A stretch of 64,000 bases of DNA, taken from positions 26,040,001-26,104,000 of the forward strand of contig NW_024704742.1 in the NCBI RefSeq assembly GCF_018977255.1, in the 5' to 3' direction. Position numbers and translations under genes: made by a program. Under the pieces are notes generated by a model. That model worked only from the letters and a program-made list of their open reading frames with translations, ran no database searches and was not told the DNA's origin. Source of the stretch: Callorhinchus milii. Taxonomy: Eukaryota. Shown here piece after piece: positions 24,160-38,090 of the stretch. Position 1 is the first letter of the stretch. Each line of letters opens with the position of its first letter.

Positions 24160-24598
24160 CACAACAACAACAACTTGCAATTATATAGCGCCCTTCACGT
24201 GAAGTAGCATCCCGGAGCGCTTGACAGTGCCAGAGTCTAACACCGAGCCAGGGTGACAGGGAGAGGGGGTGGTGACTGAAAGCACGATCAAAAAGAAACG
24301 TCTTTAAGCGTGATTCGAAAGTGAGGAGGGATGGAGCAAGGCGGAGGGATTGAGGGAAAGAGTTCCAGAGTTTTGGGGCATAGTGGCTGAAGGCACAGCC
24401 ACCGATGGTGGAGCGGAGGGCACGAGGGACAAACAGGAGACTGGAGACAGCTGAGCGAAGGCAGTGGGTGGTAGATTGGGGAGGTAAGCAGGTCAGATAG
24501 ATAGGGAGGTGCGAGGGCATGAAAGGATTTGAAAATGAGTGTGGAATCTTGAAATCAATCTTTTTGGTAATTGGGAGCCAGTGGAGCCTGGCAAGGTG
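24160..24598 (-). mobile_element. L2 LINE 3' fragment
   Basis: LARLHWLPITKKIDFKI...AFSHYAPKLWNS...LKTFLF plus tail GGCGCTATATAATTGCAAGTTGTTGTTG. Confidence 0.85.
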
Positions 24599-24609
24599 CC
24601 ATATCAACG

Positions 24610-25313
24610 TATGACCCCGCCCAGCTCGGGCCTTCAGCCTCTTTGCCGCATCTTTTAGAACTCCATCCCACAGCCTCCTCTTCGACCAGAGCTAAGTGAG
24701 TCCAGAACCTTGGGGTCTTGTTTGATCCTCAACTATACTTTCTACCCGACATCTGCACCATGACTTGCTCTGCCTTCCTCCAACTCCGCAACATTGCCCA
24801 ACTCTGCAGCCCGTGCCCTCTCCCACACTAGGCTCTGTGACCCTATCACCCCCATCCTTGCCAAACTCCACTGGCTCCCCATCACACAGAGGATACAGTT
24901 CAAGATCCTGGTCCCCACCTTCAAAGCCTCCATGTTCTTGCTCCCCCTACCTCTGCGTCCTCCTAACCCCCTACCATCCTGCTCGCTCCCTCCACTCAGC
25001 AGGCTCTGGTCTGCTTCACGTCCCCCGCTTCGCTCGCCCCACGACTGGCGGGCGGGCCTTCCGCCACTCTACCTCCACCGGAACTCCATCCCCCAGTCCT
25101 TCTGCCTCATCCCCTCCCTTGCCAACTTCAAGACCCATCTCAAAACCCTCCTCTTCAACTGGTCTATCGATCTCTCTGCATCCCTCCTGCCCTCCACCCT
25201 CCCCAACCCCGACCCACAGCTCAGGTCCGTAATGCTGTCTGTCCAGCACCTTGGGACATCCTCCCAATGTGAAAGGCGCTATACAAATGTAATTTTGTTT
25301 TTGTGTTGTTGTA
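24610..25313 (+). mobile_element. L2 LINE 3' fragment, head-to-head with the previous copy
   Basis: NSAARAL...PITPILAKLHWLPITQRIQFKIL; tail CAGCACCTTGGGACATCCTCCCAATGTGAAAGGCGCTATACAAATG. Confidence 0.85.
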
Positions 25314-25837
25314 ATTTGTTCTGTTAAAATTATAATTCATTTCGTAAAATATAAAATGAGAGTCTTGTTGTCAAAACCGTCCCACAATATCTTTACTCCT
25401 GATACAGATGGCTGAATAAATGCTAATATCCAGAGGGAAAGGACAACAGGTAATAGCCAGTGGCATTTCACAGCGCCCGTCATATATAGCATCTTGCGGA
25501 TCTAATGATCTATGGAAATCAGTGGAAATGCAGGACTCACTGTGAAGCCAATTCCCCTCTAGCCACATAAACTTCTTTCAATGGGGGAGAGCAACTCTCT
25601 TTGGCACAGCTTAGATCTTAAGATTAATAGAATTATGAGAAACATCTTTCCGAAAAAGATGCCCACTTGATATGTCCTATTCAGAATAAAACAAAAGCAC
25701 TTGTGGGGAAAAACTGTGCCAAGTTAAAGGCATATATTTTGCACATAGTTGGCTGCAGAGCTATCTGTTATGCATAAGCAACCCTAAAAAGAGGAAATTG
25801 TAGACTTCAACCAAACCCCCACTTTCAGCTGCAATTG

Positions 25838-26160
25838 GAATGTTAAACCGAGGTTCCATCTGTGTATTGCCTGTTCAGGTGGATGTTAAAGGTGGATGTT
25901 AAAGGTGGATGTTAAAGGTGCCACGGCATTATTTGAAAAGAGAAGAGTTTCTCTAATTGTCCTGGCCAACATTCCCAACGATAAAATTTGTTTCATGGCT
26001 GTTTGTGGGACACTGCTGTGTGCAAATTTGCTGCCAGATTACCTACAAAATACAGTGACTACACTTTACAGTAAAATCCTGTGAATTACTTTGAGACTTC
26101 TCAACAGTGGGATAAGGTACTTTATTCAAGGATTGTTATAGGGATTGTTATTATAATTAT
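25838..26160 (+). mobile_element. Old Deu-domain SINE containing a 13-bp tandem triplication (25878-25920)
   Basis: GTTAAACCGAGG...TTCAGGTGGATGTTAAA with (GGTGGATGTTAAA)x3, then GTCCTGGCCAACATTCC and the shared tail. Confidence 0.7.
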
Positions 26161-27082
26161 AAGTCTCATACCCATGCAACAGAATATTGGTCAGTTGGTG
26201 GCAGAGAGCAATTGAACACAAGAGTAGAGATGGTAATCAATCAAATGTCTATTAGTCTCATTTTTAGAGGGCAACCCAAGTACTTTTACAACTGAACATT
26301 TACCTACCACCCCCTACCTCCCAACAACAGTCAGCCCCAGCAGTATTGCAATGCACACCCTGAGATCCCCAACCCTTGGGCATGGTATTGGATTTCAGCA
26401 TACGGCAACCCTCCAAAGAATGCTTGAGGCACACTTTTTTTGGGGGGGGTGGGGGGGGACACTGGGAATTCAGTCCAGGATTTATACTTTATTTACAACA
26501 TTATAGATCAAATGGTGCTATTTGGATGCCCTGTAAAACTACATTTTTTTAAACAGAAAAGCTTTTTTAAAACAGATGATCACCAATATTTAAAAACAAA
26601 CCACAAGTGGCATATCTCAGTTGCACACAACAGCAGATGCAATTTCCTGGATTATCCAGGAAAGGAAATGTGTCCAAAATAATCCAAGATTTTATTAAAA
26701 TGGATCAGATGGTATTTTGAAGTTCATCTTCACATCACTGACTATATCTGTAAATGTACTATCAAAGTGAAAAGATAAGAGGTTTTATCTCACAAGCTCC
26801 TATGTCTCTCAAAGTTGGAATGTGGCTGCTGCTCCACATTCGGTATTATTTCACAGAAAAACAGATCAAACTGATTTAAACAGGTCCCACTCTCTGGAAG
26901 CCATCAATCCTGTTCAGTGCTGAGCAAATGCCGCTGATAAAATACAGATTTTAACATACGCCAAACGCAGTTTGCAGTATTTGGGAGTCAGACCATTTGG
27001 GATCTATCGAGCTGTATCTGAGGATAATCTTGTTATTAAGCATCTCAATAATGCATGGGTCTTCTTTCAACATGGGTAAATT

Positions 27083-27393
27083 GGAGTCCTGTAGCTCAGT
27101 GGTTAGAGCACTCACCTTGCAAGCAAGAGACCTGGGTTCGATTCCGGCAGGACAAAACTTTGGGCAAGTTTCCTTACTCCATACTCCTGATAATAATCCC
27201 TCAAGAAAAAAAAGCAATAATAATTTGGTCACTAAACCCACGATTGTTTGTGGGACACTGCTGTGTGAGATTGACATGTTTTACCTACAAATACACAGTC
27301 AATTCACTTTACAGTACATTCTGTGAAGCGCTTTGAGACGTCTAAAAGACATGAAAAGTGCTATATGAAATGCAAGGATTATTATTATTATTA
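27083..27393 (+). mobile_element. Young tRNA-head SINE, short variant, full length
   Basis: GGAGTCCTGTAGCTCAGTGGTTAGAGC...GGTTCGATTCC head; ATT tail. Confidence 0.9.
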
Positions 27394-27504
27394 ATTGTAG
27401 ATCCACTGTTACAGAATTGCGGTGTAGTTCCAGCTTCCCGTGCTGATGATAGTGCTTTTTAAGATTCTAAAGGAACTGTATAATGTAGACTGTAGACTGG
27501 ATAA

Positions 27505-27830
27505 TATAAGTCGTTTTATCTCATCCAGAACAGTAGTACCAGAGGACATGGCCTGTGATTGAAGAGGGGTAAACTCAAAACAAATCTACAGAAACTCCAG
27601 TTCAGTGAGCGAGTAGTAAACGAATGGAACAGGCTCCCTAAGGAGACGGTGGAAGCAGAAGGTGTTGATTCTTTCTTTCAAAAGTAAATTAGATAGATTT
27701 CTTTTAAGAAATTCTATCTTGGGATACAGTATATAGTTTGAGACATGACACATGCATGCCACTGCCAGGATGGTTGAAAGCGAACTCGATGGACCTTGGT
27801 CTTCTTTCGTCTAGCAATTCTTATGTTCTA
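27505..27830 (+). mobile_element. CR1 LINE 3' end fragment
   Basis: TRGH-like ACCAGAGGACATGG, RVVNEWNRLP-like coding sequence, ending TTCTTATGTTC. Confidence 0.65.
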
Positions 27831-28411
27831 AATGTATGGCTAACGTCCAGGTTGTCAGATCACTACCATTACTTGTTGTGGGTTATGTGTCTGAAGTTCT
27901 ATGACATTATCTTGTGAATTTGGTAAATTCTTAAATTCAATTGTAATTTTGAAGTCTATTTTCTTTAAATTCTTTTAAGTTTCTGTTTTCCTCAGTCTAC
28001 AAAGGAAATAGTAGGGAGTTGGCATTTAATGAAACCAAGACAGCGAGGATGACCCAATGGAATAGTGAATTGACACACTGTGCCAAGAACAGAAAGAAGT
28101 GGGTTTGTCGTCAGAGTGAGCAATCCCAACACAACTAGTGGAGTACATTCTGTGAGTTTTAAAGTATCAACAAATTTGGCCTAAGCTGCCAAGTTTTTTC
28201 GGGGTCAGCTAAGTGTCTAACATGTACAAAAATTCATCACCATGCTTAAGAGTATCCAAGCAAGACTGTGTATTTCACATATGTGTGCCAGCTACAGATG
28301 GAAATTCCTCTGTATGTGTTTCCCTGTTATTCCAGCCCAGTAAACTCTATTGTTGTCTATAAAGAGTCCAAAGTACAGGTTACCAATATCTATTCCCTTG
28401 ATGCCACTTAC

Positions 28412-28540
28412 CATGCTCACCTCTTCTGTAACATGTTCACTTTCTTCCTTGTACAGTTCAACTCTATCCTTAATATGTTCCATCAGAGCCCGTAGCTTTG
28501 CAGTCTCACCAGACCTCAGTCTCTTAGCCTTTCTCTTGTG
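28412..28540 (-). CDS. EVC2: EVC2 exon (human exon 16 equivalent, 129 nt; alternative in-frame donor gives 28421-28540)
   Basis: gctttgttttgtag|CAC...ATG|gtaagt. HKRKAKRLRSGETAKLRALMEHIKDRVELYKEESEHVTEEVSM versus human QQSKVRKSRSKSKSKGELLKKCIEDKIHLCEEQASEDLVEK. Phase 0/0 fits both neighbours. Confidence 0.85.
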
Positions 28541-30331
28541 CTACAAAACAAAGCATGCACACAAACGTCCCTCAATAATTATAACGTAAGCATTATAAAT
28601 TATCTGAAATACAATTTACAAGACTCTGAAAACATTCCATGACTTCTATTCCAAGCACCTTTTATAGGTCCCACATGAAAGATAACTCATGAAAAGCTTT
28701 ATTTATTATTTTGTGTAAGTTTACACAGTTATGCATTAGTAGGGTATTGGCATAGAGGTATTGTTAATCAGACAACTTAAGTGGCAACATTTCTCAACTA
28801 GATGTGATTTATCACATCTTGGAGGGGATTCACCAGTTGTTCATAAAATTGGTCATTCACTTATGGCTGTTTGTGGGACATTGCTTTGTGGAAATTGATT
28901 CCCACATTCACCTGCAAAATGCACAATCACTACAGTAAAATCCTGTGAAGCACTTTTTTTCATGCGATTCCGATCTGAAAGGCACTTTATCAATCAATTG
29001 CAAGGGCTATTATTATTATTATCATTATTTGTGGCTGGATTGGGGAGTGGGGGAGCTGATTGTAGTTCGGTCAATCATACTTTCATCACGCTGCATCTGC
29101 TGCTGGTTAGTACACATTATTTTATATAGTTAGTATCTTTTATAATCTGGAATTCAATCAGACAGTTTAGTTGAAGCGATTTAAAATCATAGGTCCATGT
29201 GCATTCCACATGAACCCAGTTCCAAAAGTAATCAACTATTATCAGAATGGAATCATCTTCTTAGAGTTGCAAGAATCACACATCCCATGATATTAGCTTT
29301 CAGCACCATGTGCCCCCTATTACCAACCCCCACCCCACCCACCCCACCCCCATCGGCAACCCTCCTATGAATTCCTTCTCTTCCCTCTTTGTCATCTGCT
29401 CTCCCACCCTTGGTGTCAGTCAGTACTTTTCTTTATAAAAAATAGCTGCATGCCGCTGAGAACCTGCTGCAGAAAGTTCAGAATTTAGCTCAACAAATCT
29501 CAGAAAAAGTACTTCTAACTCAATCCTGCTGCGAATTTGCTTGGCATTTTTACTTGCTATAATTTTCAAAAAGCCATCCACTTACACAACAAACAGATAG
29601 CAATTTGCTAAAATATACTTATAAGGTGTTTCCAAATGGACCCTCCAAAATTTTACAACCTTCACTAATCGTTGAGTCTTTTCCTCCCCAAAGGAGAAAG
29701 CACTTGTTTCCACATCAAAACTTCCCATTCTTCCCCTGCACTCCATCAGAACCAAAGGTACATTGAACAACTTCTACGCTCTCGCTCCAGAGAACTTTCA
29801 GTAATGTCTGAGAAAATTGCACTCCAAGTCTATCTTAAAAAAGAGAAGAGGCTATATATGTCATGATTGATGTTAAGAACAAGTGAATGGTTGGCTTTTG
29901 TTTTACTGCCTCTTTTAAATGCAATTCCTTTATTCATATTTTTCACTTTACTTTTGAGATCCCCATTTTGTTCACCATACCTTCATATAAAAAAGGAGAT
30001 ATGATCCAAATAACGCAGAGTAAAGATGGAACAGCAATGTTTTTCATGTTAAAACAAAAATGTGTTCAGGTGACAACTCTTATCCCCTGGAGGAACAGAC
30101 CAATCTCAAATTAAAAATGTAATAATCCTTGCATTTTATATAGTGCGTTATCACTCTGTCAAAACATCTCAAAGCGCTTCACAGGAATTTTGTCTGCAAA
30201 TGCATATACTGTATTAATTTAATGTTTAGCTACTTTGGCAGTATTAAAGAGAAGAGACTAATATCAAGCACACAATTCCTTACCCATCTCTGAAGGAGAC
30301 CTGTTTATGCTTAGCACTGGCCGAGGGTTAA

Positions 30332-32360
30332 ATAAGACCATAAGACCATAAGACGTAGGAGCAGGAGTAGGCCATTCGGCCCCTCGAGCCTGCCCCACCA
30401 TTTAATAAGGTCATGGCTGATCTTCTAACCTAATTTCATTTACCCGCTCTATCCCCATATCCCTTAATCCGTCTATCCTTTAGAAATATATCAATCTCAG
30501 TCTTGAATATGTTCAAGGACTGAGCATCCACAGCCTTCTGGGGTAGAGGATTCCACAAATTCACTACCCTCTGAGTGAAGAAATGTTTCCTCAACTCAGT
30601 TTGAAAAGGCTGACCCTTAATCTTGAGACTATGACCCCTAGTTTTAGATTCTCCAACCAGGGGAAACAGTCTCATGGCACCTACCCTGTCAAGACCCTTA
30701 AGAATCTTATAGGTTTCTACAAGATCACCACTAATTCTTCTATATTCTAGAGAATTTAGGCCTAGTTTACTCAACCTATCCTCATAGGTCAACCCCTCAT
30801 CCCAGGAACCAACCTAGTGAATCTACGCTGCACTCTCTCTAAGGTGTGTATGTCCTTTCTTAAATAAGGAGACCAAAACTGCATACAGTATTCTAGGTGC
30901 GGTCTCACTAAGGCCTTATACAACTGCAGCGAGACTTCCCTACTCTTGTACTCTAACCCTTTTGCAACAAACACCATCATGGCATTAGCCTTCCTAGTTG
31001 CTTGCTGTATCTGCATATTAACTTTTTGTGACTGGTGTACAAGGACACCCAAATTCCTCTGAACACTAATACTACCTAGTCTCTCCCCTTCTAGAAAATA
31101 ATCCTCTTTTCTATTTTTACTACCTAGGTGAATAACTTCACACTTTCCCACGTTATACTCCATCTGTCACCTTCTTGCCCACTCACCTATCCTGCTGTTT
31201 CCCTTTGCATTCTTCATGTGTCATCCTCACAGCTTACTCCCCCACCTATTTTCGTATCGTCTGCGAATTTAGATAAGTTAAGTGCTATTTCCTCATCTAA
31301 ATCACTGATATAGACTGTAAATAATTGAAGCCCAAGCACTGATCCTTGTGGCACTCCACTAGTCACATCCTGCCAATCTGAGAAGGTTCCGTTTATCCCT
31401 ACTCCCTGTTTTCTTCCTGTTAGCCACTCTCCAATCCCTGCTAATATATTACCTTTAATTCCATGGGCTCTAATCTTGTGCAACAGCCTTTTAAGTGGTA
31501 CTCTGTCGAATGCCTTCTGGAAATCCAAATACACCACATCTACTGGTTCCCCCCTATCTAACCTGCTAATTACATCTTCAAAAAAACTCTAAAAGATTTG
31601 TTAAACATGATTTCCCTTTCATAAAGCCATGTTGACTGCCTAATCATGTTATGATTTTCTAAGTACCCCATGACGCCGTCCCTAATTAAGGACTCTAGAA
31701 TTTTCCCTACCACTGACTGGTCTATAGCCCCATTTTTTGTCTCCCACCCTCCTTAAATAGCGGCGTTACGTTTGCGATCTTCCAATCAATGGGAACCATT
31801 CCAGAATCCAGAGAATTTTGCAAGATCAAAAACAAAGCATCCACTATCTCTGCAGCCACCTCTTTTAAAACCTTAGGATGCAGGCCATTAGGTCCAGGGA
31901 ATTTATCGGTTTTTAATCCTATCAATTTCTCTAGTACTATTGCTTTACTGATCTTCATTTCTTTAAGTTCCTCACTAACATTAGCCTGCAGGTTCCCCTC
32001 TATTTTCGGTAAGCTTTCAGTGTCCTCTAGCGTGAAGACAGAAGCAAAATATTTGTTTAATGACTCTGCCATTTCTTTATTCCCCCAATATAATTTCTCC
32101 TGTCTCTGCCTGCAATGGACCCACATTCACTTTTGATAGTCTCTTCCTCTTTATGTACTTGTAAAAACCCTTACAATCTGTCTTTATGTTCCATGTTCTC
32201 CCTCTTAATCAGTTTCTTGGTTTTCCTTTGCTGTTCTCTAAAGCCCTCGCAATCCTCAGGTTTACTGCTCTTTCTGGCAGTATCATAGGCCTCTTCTTTT
32301 AATTTTATACTTTCCCTAACTTCTCTAGTTAGCCAAAGTTGAACCACTTTTCCTGTGGTA
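30332..32360 (-). mobile_element. CR1 LINE, about 2 kb, 5'-truncated, ORF2 RT broken by stops and frameshifts
   Basis: PGPNGLHPKVLKE, DWKIANVTPLFK, YLDFQKAFDRVP, SGVPQGSVLG, KFADDTKIG, VRPHLEYC.QFWSP, FFTQRVVNLWN; 3' (ATAAGACC)n microsatellite. Confidence 0.95.
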
Positions 32361-34201
32361 TTTTTTTAAATGAAATCATTGCAGTTGTCACAGTAAGAAA
32401 ACTCCAAGCACAAACATGTTTCAATACAAGACTCTTCAGTGCTACAGTTCTTGTAAATATTTTATATGTTGGGTCTCCATGCGTTGCTTTCTGTTGTGAT
32501 TTAGGCTGAGGTTATTTCTTCCCTGAAGCAAGTTAAATTACTGCAGAAAGTTAACATCTGCTCTAACCTCGATTTCTGGACAGGAAAAGGGTATTGATTG
32601 CCTTGGTTAAAGGACATTTTGTTGTCTTGTACTGGTCTTAGCACATTATTACAGTGTAATTAGTGAGCAACAGGTGATCAATAATAGTCACGGTTCTAAG
32701 ATGGAATAAGAACAATAGTTTTGGTTGTTCCAGGGTAACAAAGCAAGAGGACACAGATTCAAGGGTGCAATGGGTCATAAAATACATGTTCAAGACTGGA
32801 AAACTGGTGGCTTAGAAAGGTAGCTTGCTAAAATAACAGCAAAATGAACACACCGTCTCCAATAGAAACACAGATCTAAGGTCTAATTTGCAATGAGTGC
32901 AAACTGAGGTAGATGTACTGATTGCAACTCCCAGGAGTGAATACTGTTTAATTTGTGATGTTTGCCAAAGGGCTAATTGCAATTTCCCAAAACTGGTGAA
33001 GTACAAATAAAAGAAAGCAGAGAGCAAACCGCCAGTCTACAAATGAGGCTTCATTGCTATTAGTCCATCACAGAAACTGCACAGGCACCAAAGCAAGATT
33101 GAAGAAAAAACTAATCATTATCTGTACCAGAAACCTGTGAAACATAGACAAACACATTGGTATATGCTAATGCAGTGCTGTTGCTAATGTCCCGAATGGA
33201 TAAAATAACACATTGTTTAAATGTACCTGTGCAGCGCTTTTCCTTAAAGCCACTTAGAGACCTGAATATTACTGAACAAACCAACATTTTATGCTATAAT
33301 TAAACAACAAATAGCTCACAAATTCAATAAAAGTGAGGCTCAGAGGCTCTGTCAAACTGAACACTTCACAAATTAAAATGGTTTGTTAAGGTTTAAAGAT
33401 TCAAAGAATGAGTAGAGATTGCGAGTGCAAAACTGGGAAAAGCACTTAATTGTGAAGCAAAGAAATGGAGAAACACCCTTCAGGCTAACAGAGAGAGAGT
33501 GAGAGAGAGAATGTGGATACAAACTGTGACAATAAAAGTCTGTTTTTGAAGAAAGTCTCTCTGAAATCATCCTTTACTACATTGATCCTTATGTTCAAGT
33601 TCTATCTTTTACTCAACTCTTTACATCCTTTGTTGTATCTATAGTAATTTATTAATTAAACTATTATACTGTAATTGGAAACATCTTTGTAAGACATTAT
33701 TCATATTTTTCCCTTTCTAAAGTAGAGACTTTGAAACAAAATCTCAATTTAATTCCATATTCTGGTCAGTACCTTGTAGCAAAAATCAGCACATTCCACA
33801 CAGGCCAAGAGGAGAGATCTTGAGGCAGATGAACAAGATGTTTTCCTTTGAAAGTGAGCAACTTAGAGAGAGTTTGGGATAAGTTGAAACCAGACAGCTA
33901 TGCAAAATTGCGACAAAAGGCAATGAGAAAATATCTGAAAATGTGAAATATAAAAGGGTCTGAGGAAATGGCAGGAGAATGGGACTAAATGGATTGCTCT
34001 TTGAGAGAACCTGAATGGCCTCCTTCTGTGCTGAAATGTTCTATTGTTCAGTATTGAGGAATACATTTTATTTACTATAATTTGTTGCTTCTGACTCCAG
34101 CTGACCATGTTATAAATATGCAAAAGCTAAAAGTAGCTCATTACTGCTCCAGCCATCATTAAAAATAGGCCAGTTTATCACAGATGTCAGAGATGTCTCA
34201 C

Positions 34202-34397
34202 CCATTTCTTGCAATTCTGCTCTAGTTGTTCCAGCTTCGCTTTCCGACATTCGATCAGACGAGCTTGGAGTTTGGCTCTTTCTTGCAGCCGAGGTAGAGC
34301 TAAGCCATTGTCCATTTGAGAGCAACCAGCAAAATGCTCCAGCATCAGCTTCTGTGTATCGTCTTCAGAGAGTGTGAGTGGACTCATCAATATGGTT
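34202..34397 (-). CDS. EVC2: EVC2 exon (human exon 15 equivalent, 196 nt)
   Basis: ttccttttaaag|A...TGG|gtgaga. TILMSPLTLSEDD...GCSQMDNGLALPRLQERAKLQ versus human ...FSLSEEE...GCFAQMDRSLALPKIRARVLLQ. Confidence 0.93.
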
Positions 34398-34514
34398 CTT
34401 TAAAAGGAAACAGAAGTAAACCAAAATCCCAAAGAGCAATCACAGGGCCACAGCTAAATGAAAGTCATATCTACAATCCATAAATGGTGAGGAAATAATC
34501 ATATGTCATAGTGG

Positions 34515-34905
34515 AACAAAGAAGGTTGAAGGGTGGATCTGATAGAGATCTTTTATGAGAGGCTTTGATAGAATCTGTTGGGAGAAATTATTTCTACTGG
34601 TCGGTATGAATCAATGATAAGAGGGCATCGATTTAAGATGGTTAGCAAACAAGTAAATAGGGAGATTAAGATATGGAATGTCCTGCTGGGAGTAGTGGTT
34701 GAGGCAGAATCCATATTGCCATAAAGGGAGGAAGGGAGGGAGGGAGGGAAGGAAGTCAAAGACAGACAGACAGATCTAAAAATGAGTAAATTACAGGGAT
34801 ATGTGGAAAGGGAAGGAAAATGGGACTGAAAGAATTGTTCTTAAAGAAACCAGCACAGACCCGATGAGCAAAATGACCTTCTTTTGTGTTGTGAATTTCT
34901 ATGGT
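34515..34905 (+). mobile_element. Decayed CR1 3' fragment with internal (GGGA)n/(GACA)n repeats
   Basis: AAGGTTGAAGGGTGGATCTGATAGAG, GAGGGCATCGATTTAAG and a CR1-like 3' UTR. Confidence 0.55.
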
Positions 34906-37150
34906 TTCCAAAGTACAGAACCAATAGCCACCGATTGAATTCTTTATCTAAATCTTTAAAATATTTTAAAAATGCAATAGATATTACTCTAGTAATATTT
35001 GGCCAATTCACTGTTCTTGATACTTTCTCAGGGGGATTTGGTGAACAATAAACAAATAATGGTATCAACAATGAAACCAATTGTATTTGCAATGCTGACA
35101 GCTAATGTCTATCAGTAGTAGTTCTATTCATTCTTATTTTAAAAACACATTTCAATCACGTTTGAAATGAGGAAGACATTCAAACCATCAAACCTAATCT
35201 ACCAGTTTACTACATTTTGGCAGATTGTTTTAATCCCAATGTCCCGCTCTTTCTCTATACCCCTTAATACCTCCACTGCTCAAATATCCGTCTACCTCTC
35301 TTTTAAACATCCCTATTGATTCTGCTTCTACAACATCTCTCATTTTGCATATGAAAGTTGAACTGGTCTAAATCAATGCAAACTGTTAACAAGCACAAGA
35401 TTGGAAGTGCCACAGACCATATTATCCAGAAATTCAGGCATCGTTTGTGGGGAAAACTATGGAGGTGAAAATCTAATCATACGATTATTGTGTAGTTTCC
35501 CCCTTTTTTTTTATAACTATGTGAATAGCATAAACTATTTGCTTTAAAGTTTCACAAGATAGGGGGCATGTTGGCATCTAATTCTAACCGGACTTTCATT
35601 TTTTTTGCTGCTGTTGTTGATGCAACAGATATTGATATAAATTTCAGAGATTACAGGCGCTTCATGGAACTCCCAATACAAGATACAATGGATTTAAGAA
35701 GAACCAGGAAAAGATGGTCTATTCTAGCCATGGAATAATTCAGTTTTGGAACCCAATATTGATTTCTTTCAAGTGCTCACAAAACATAAAATGTATGGCA
35801 ATGTAAGCCTCATATCGATCAGGAATGGTTTCAAATCCAAATCAAAGTTGACAGCAATGTTCATGCGTTCAGTACTAGTTATTGTTCCCAACATATATTT
35901 GAATCACATCAAATAGAGGGCACAGAGGTTGGGTTGAAGTAAAAGCAGGATTAATGTCTCTCTGTTCAATGTGAAGTCAAATTCTTTGCAACCGCACTGT
36001 AAATCCCTGCTTTAGAATGTAAGAAGCAATAAGAGTACATTATAAACTGATAATATTTTATTATTGTGCAAGAACATAAGAACAATATAAAACAAGAAAA
36101 AGCCAATCATTAACTTAAATTTAATCAATTCCTTCCCTAGTTCTTGGTCAATCTACTCCAAGAATGCACCTACTAATCTCGAGAGGAAAAGTTCTGCATA
36201 ATTTCTTCCTGACCCCAATTAAATATAATCAAATGAAATATCACAAAACTTAAAATAACTTAGCCATTATCCAACCTCATTGTTAGACTATCAGGAACAA
36301 GAGCCCCAAACCTCCACCTAGTTTTAATAATAATAATAATCCTTGCATTTGATATAGCGCCTTATCACTTCATTGTGACATCTCAAAGCGTTTCACAAAA
36401 TATACTGCAAAGTGAATTGACTATTTAGTTTTAGTCTTTAAGATCACACTGTCTTAAAAGTTAAGATTGAGCAAAATTGTAAATTGTAAGTTCTTAAATT
36501 CAGTCTGGTTTTTGAAGCTCTTTTTAAAAACAAAAACTGCAGCAAAACTTCCAAAGTAAGATTCGCTTTAAAATCTTTCCACAAATTTTGTCCTCATTAG
36601 GAGCTCAACATGATAGAGTTTTGGGATATCTACTGACAAAGCTTCAGCTGGGACTAGTGACATTTGTGAGAACTTTGTAACACAGAGCTTGTTAATAACA
36701 AGAGTTTGACTGCAATTGTTTTCCCAAAGCCCACTTTCAACAGACGAACGGCATCTTATCTAACTGTGTGGTTATTTCATACAATTAAGTGCAGTCTGGG
36801 TCAATGTGACTGTGAAAGTATTCAGGCTCTATTCATGAACATTAATTAAAGAAAAATGACATTAAAGAATTGAAAAATAATAAATAAGAAAAAATAATGA
36901 AAAAATCAGGTTGAATAAGAAGTAATTTCACTGCATCAAAATAGGGCTTGGAAGTGAAGATGATTAATCATCTGACAATGTAGCTCACAATTTATTAATT
37001 TTATGTTTCTTTTCTCAGGACGACTGTACTTGTGAAAATGTATTTTGCCCTTTGTGAACATTTTCACCCACAAAGCGCGGAGTCACCATGCTTTAAAGTG
37101 AAGCGTTTGGAGACAACTATTTCGTATTTGTTATTTTCAAGACCACTTAC

Positions 37151-37620
37151 TCAAAAAGCAACCGCCCCTGGTGCTTCATGGATTTCTGTTGCTCAGCTTC
37201 TGAAGCCAGCTGCTGCAGTAGCTCCTTCCTAAGTTTCTCCAGGGATTCCCGACTATTTCGTTCTTCTTCCTCCTCTTGTTTTCCTTCCTTCTCACGTAGA
37301 ATATTGATCTCCCGCTCCTGCTCCTCCCCTATTTGTTGGAAACAACTCTTGACCACCCCAAGATTAGTCAGCTCCTGAACAAGTAAGGCTTTGATCTGCC
37401 GATGTTTGGTGACGGCACTATGACTGAGGTGCAAGGTAAAGGCTTTCAATTGCTTGGCGGCTTCTGCATCCAACTTCTCCACCAGTTCCTGGAATTCTGC
37501 ACTTTGATTAGATGACAAGTTGTGCCAGTCCACCAAGTATTTCTGGGGATCCAATAGTCTCTCTTCAAAAGTATTAAGAAGAGATGTCATCTCCTTCTGT
37601 TGACGTTCTTGTTCACAAAT
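37151..37620 (-). CDS. EVC2: EVC2 exon (human exon 14 equivalent, 470 nt), coiled-coil region
   Basis: tttgtaatgacag|ATT...GA|gtaagt. QKYLVDWHNL...EFQELVEKLDAEAAKQLKAFTLHL...QELTNLGVVKSCFQQIGEEQEREI versus human QYLHQKRSL...TLEELQERLDQAALDDLRTLTLSL...QELLKRGVPWLFLQQILEEHGKEM. Confidence 0.94.
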
Positions 37621-37829
37621 CTGTCATTACAAACAATCACGTATGGCAACCATTTTATAAAATCATTTAACAGTAAAATGCAACAATAACCTGTGCCATT
37701 TAAAAGGCACTGAAGATCCTTAACCATAACAATACCACAAATGAAGAACTCATACCAGTAAAATAACCTGTTATTTGTGAGAGAGAGAGATTTGGGAGAC
37801 ACTGAAAGAGGGAAAGAGACCAACAGAGA

Positions 37830-38090
37830 GCATAATAATAACAATCCCTGAATTTGATTTAGCATCTTATTACATCAACAACATATTTCAAAGTGCTTCA
37901 CAGGATTTTATTGTCAAGTGTAGTGACTGTATTTGTAGGCAAACGCAGCATCCAATTTGCTTAGTGTCCCACCAACAGCCAAGAAATGAGTGAACAATTT
38001 TATTTGGGTAATTGTTGACCAGGACATAAGGAGAAACTCCCTTTCCTTTTCAAATAGCACCATGAGATCTTTAACATCCACCTGAACTGG
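37830..38090 (-). mobile_element. Old Deu-domain SINE fragment
   Basis: Reverse-complement tail plus TTGACCAGGACA...GAGATCTTTAACATCCACCTGAAC. Confidence 0.65.

Noticed and set aside
29640-29835. Good minus-strand acceptor followed by exon-like sequence
   Set aside because: Stops in all three frames and no EVC2 similarity; the real exon 16 is at 28412-28540.
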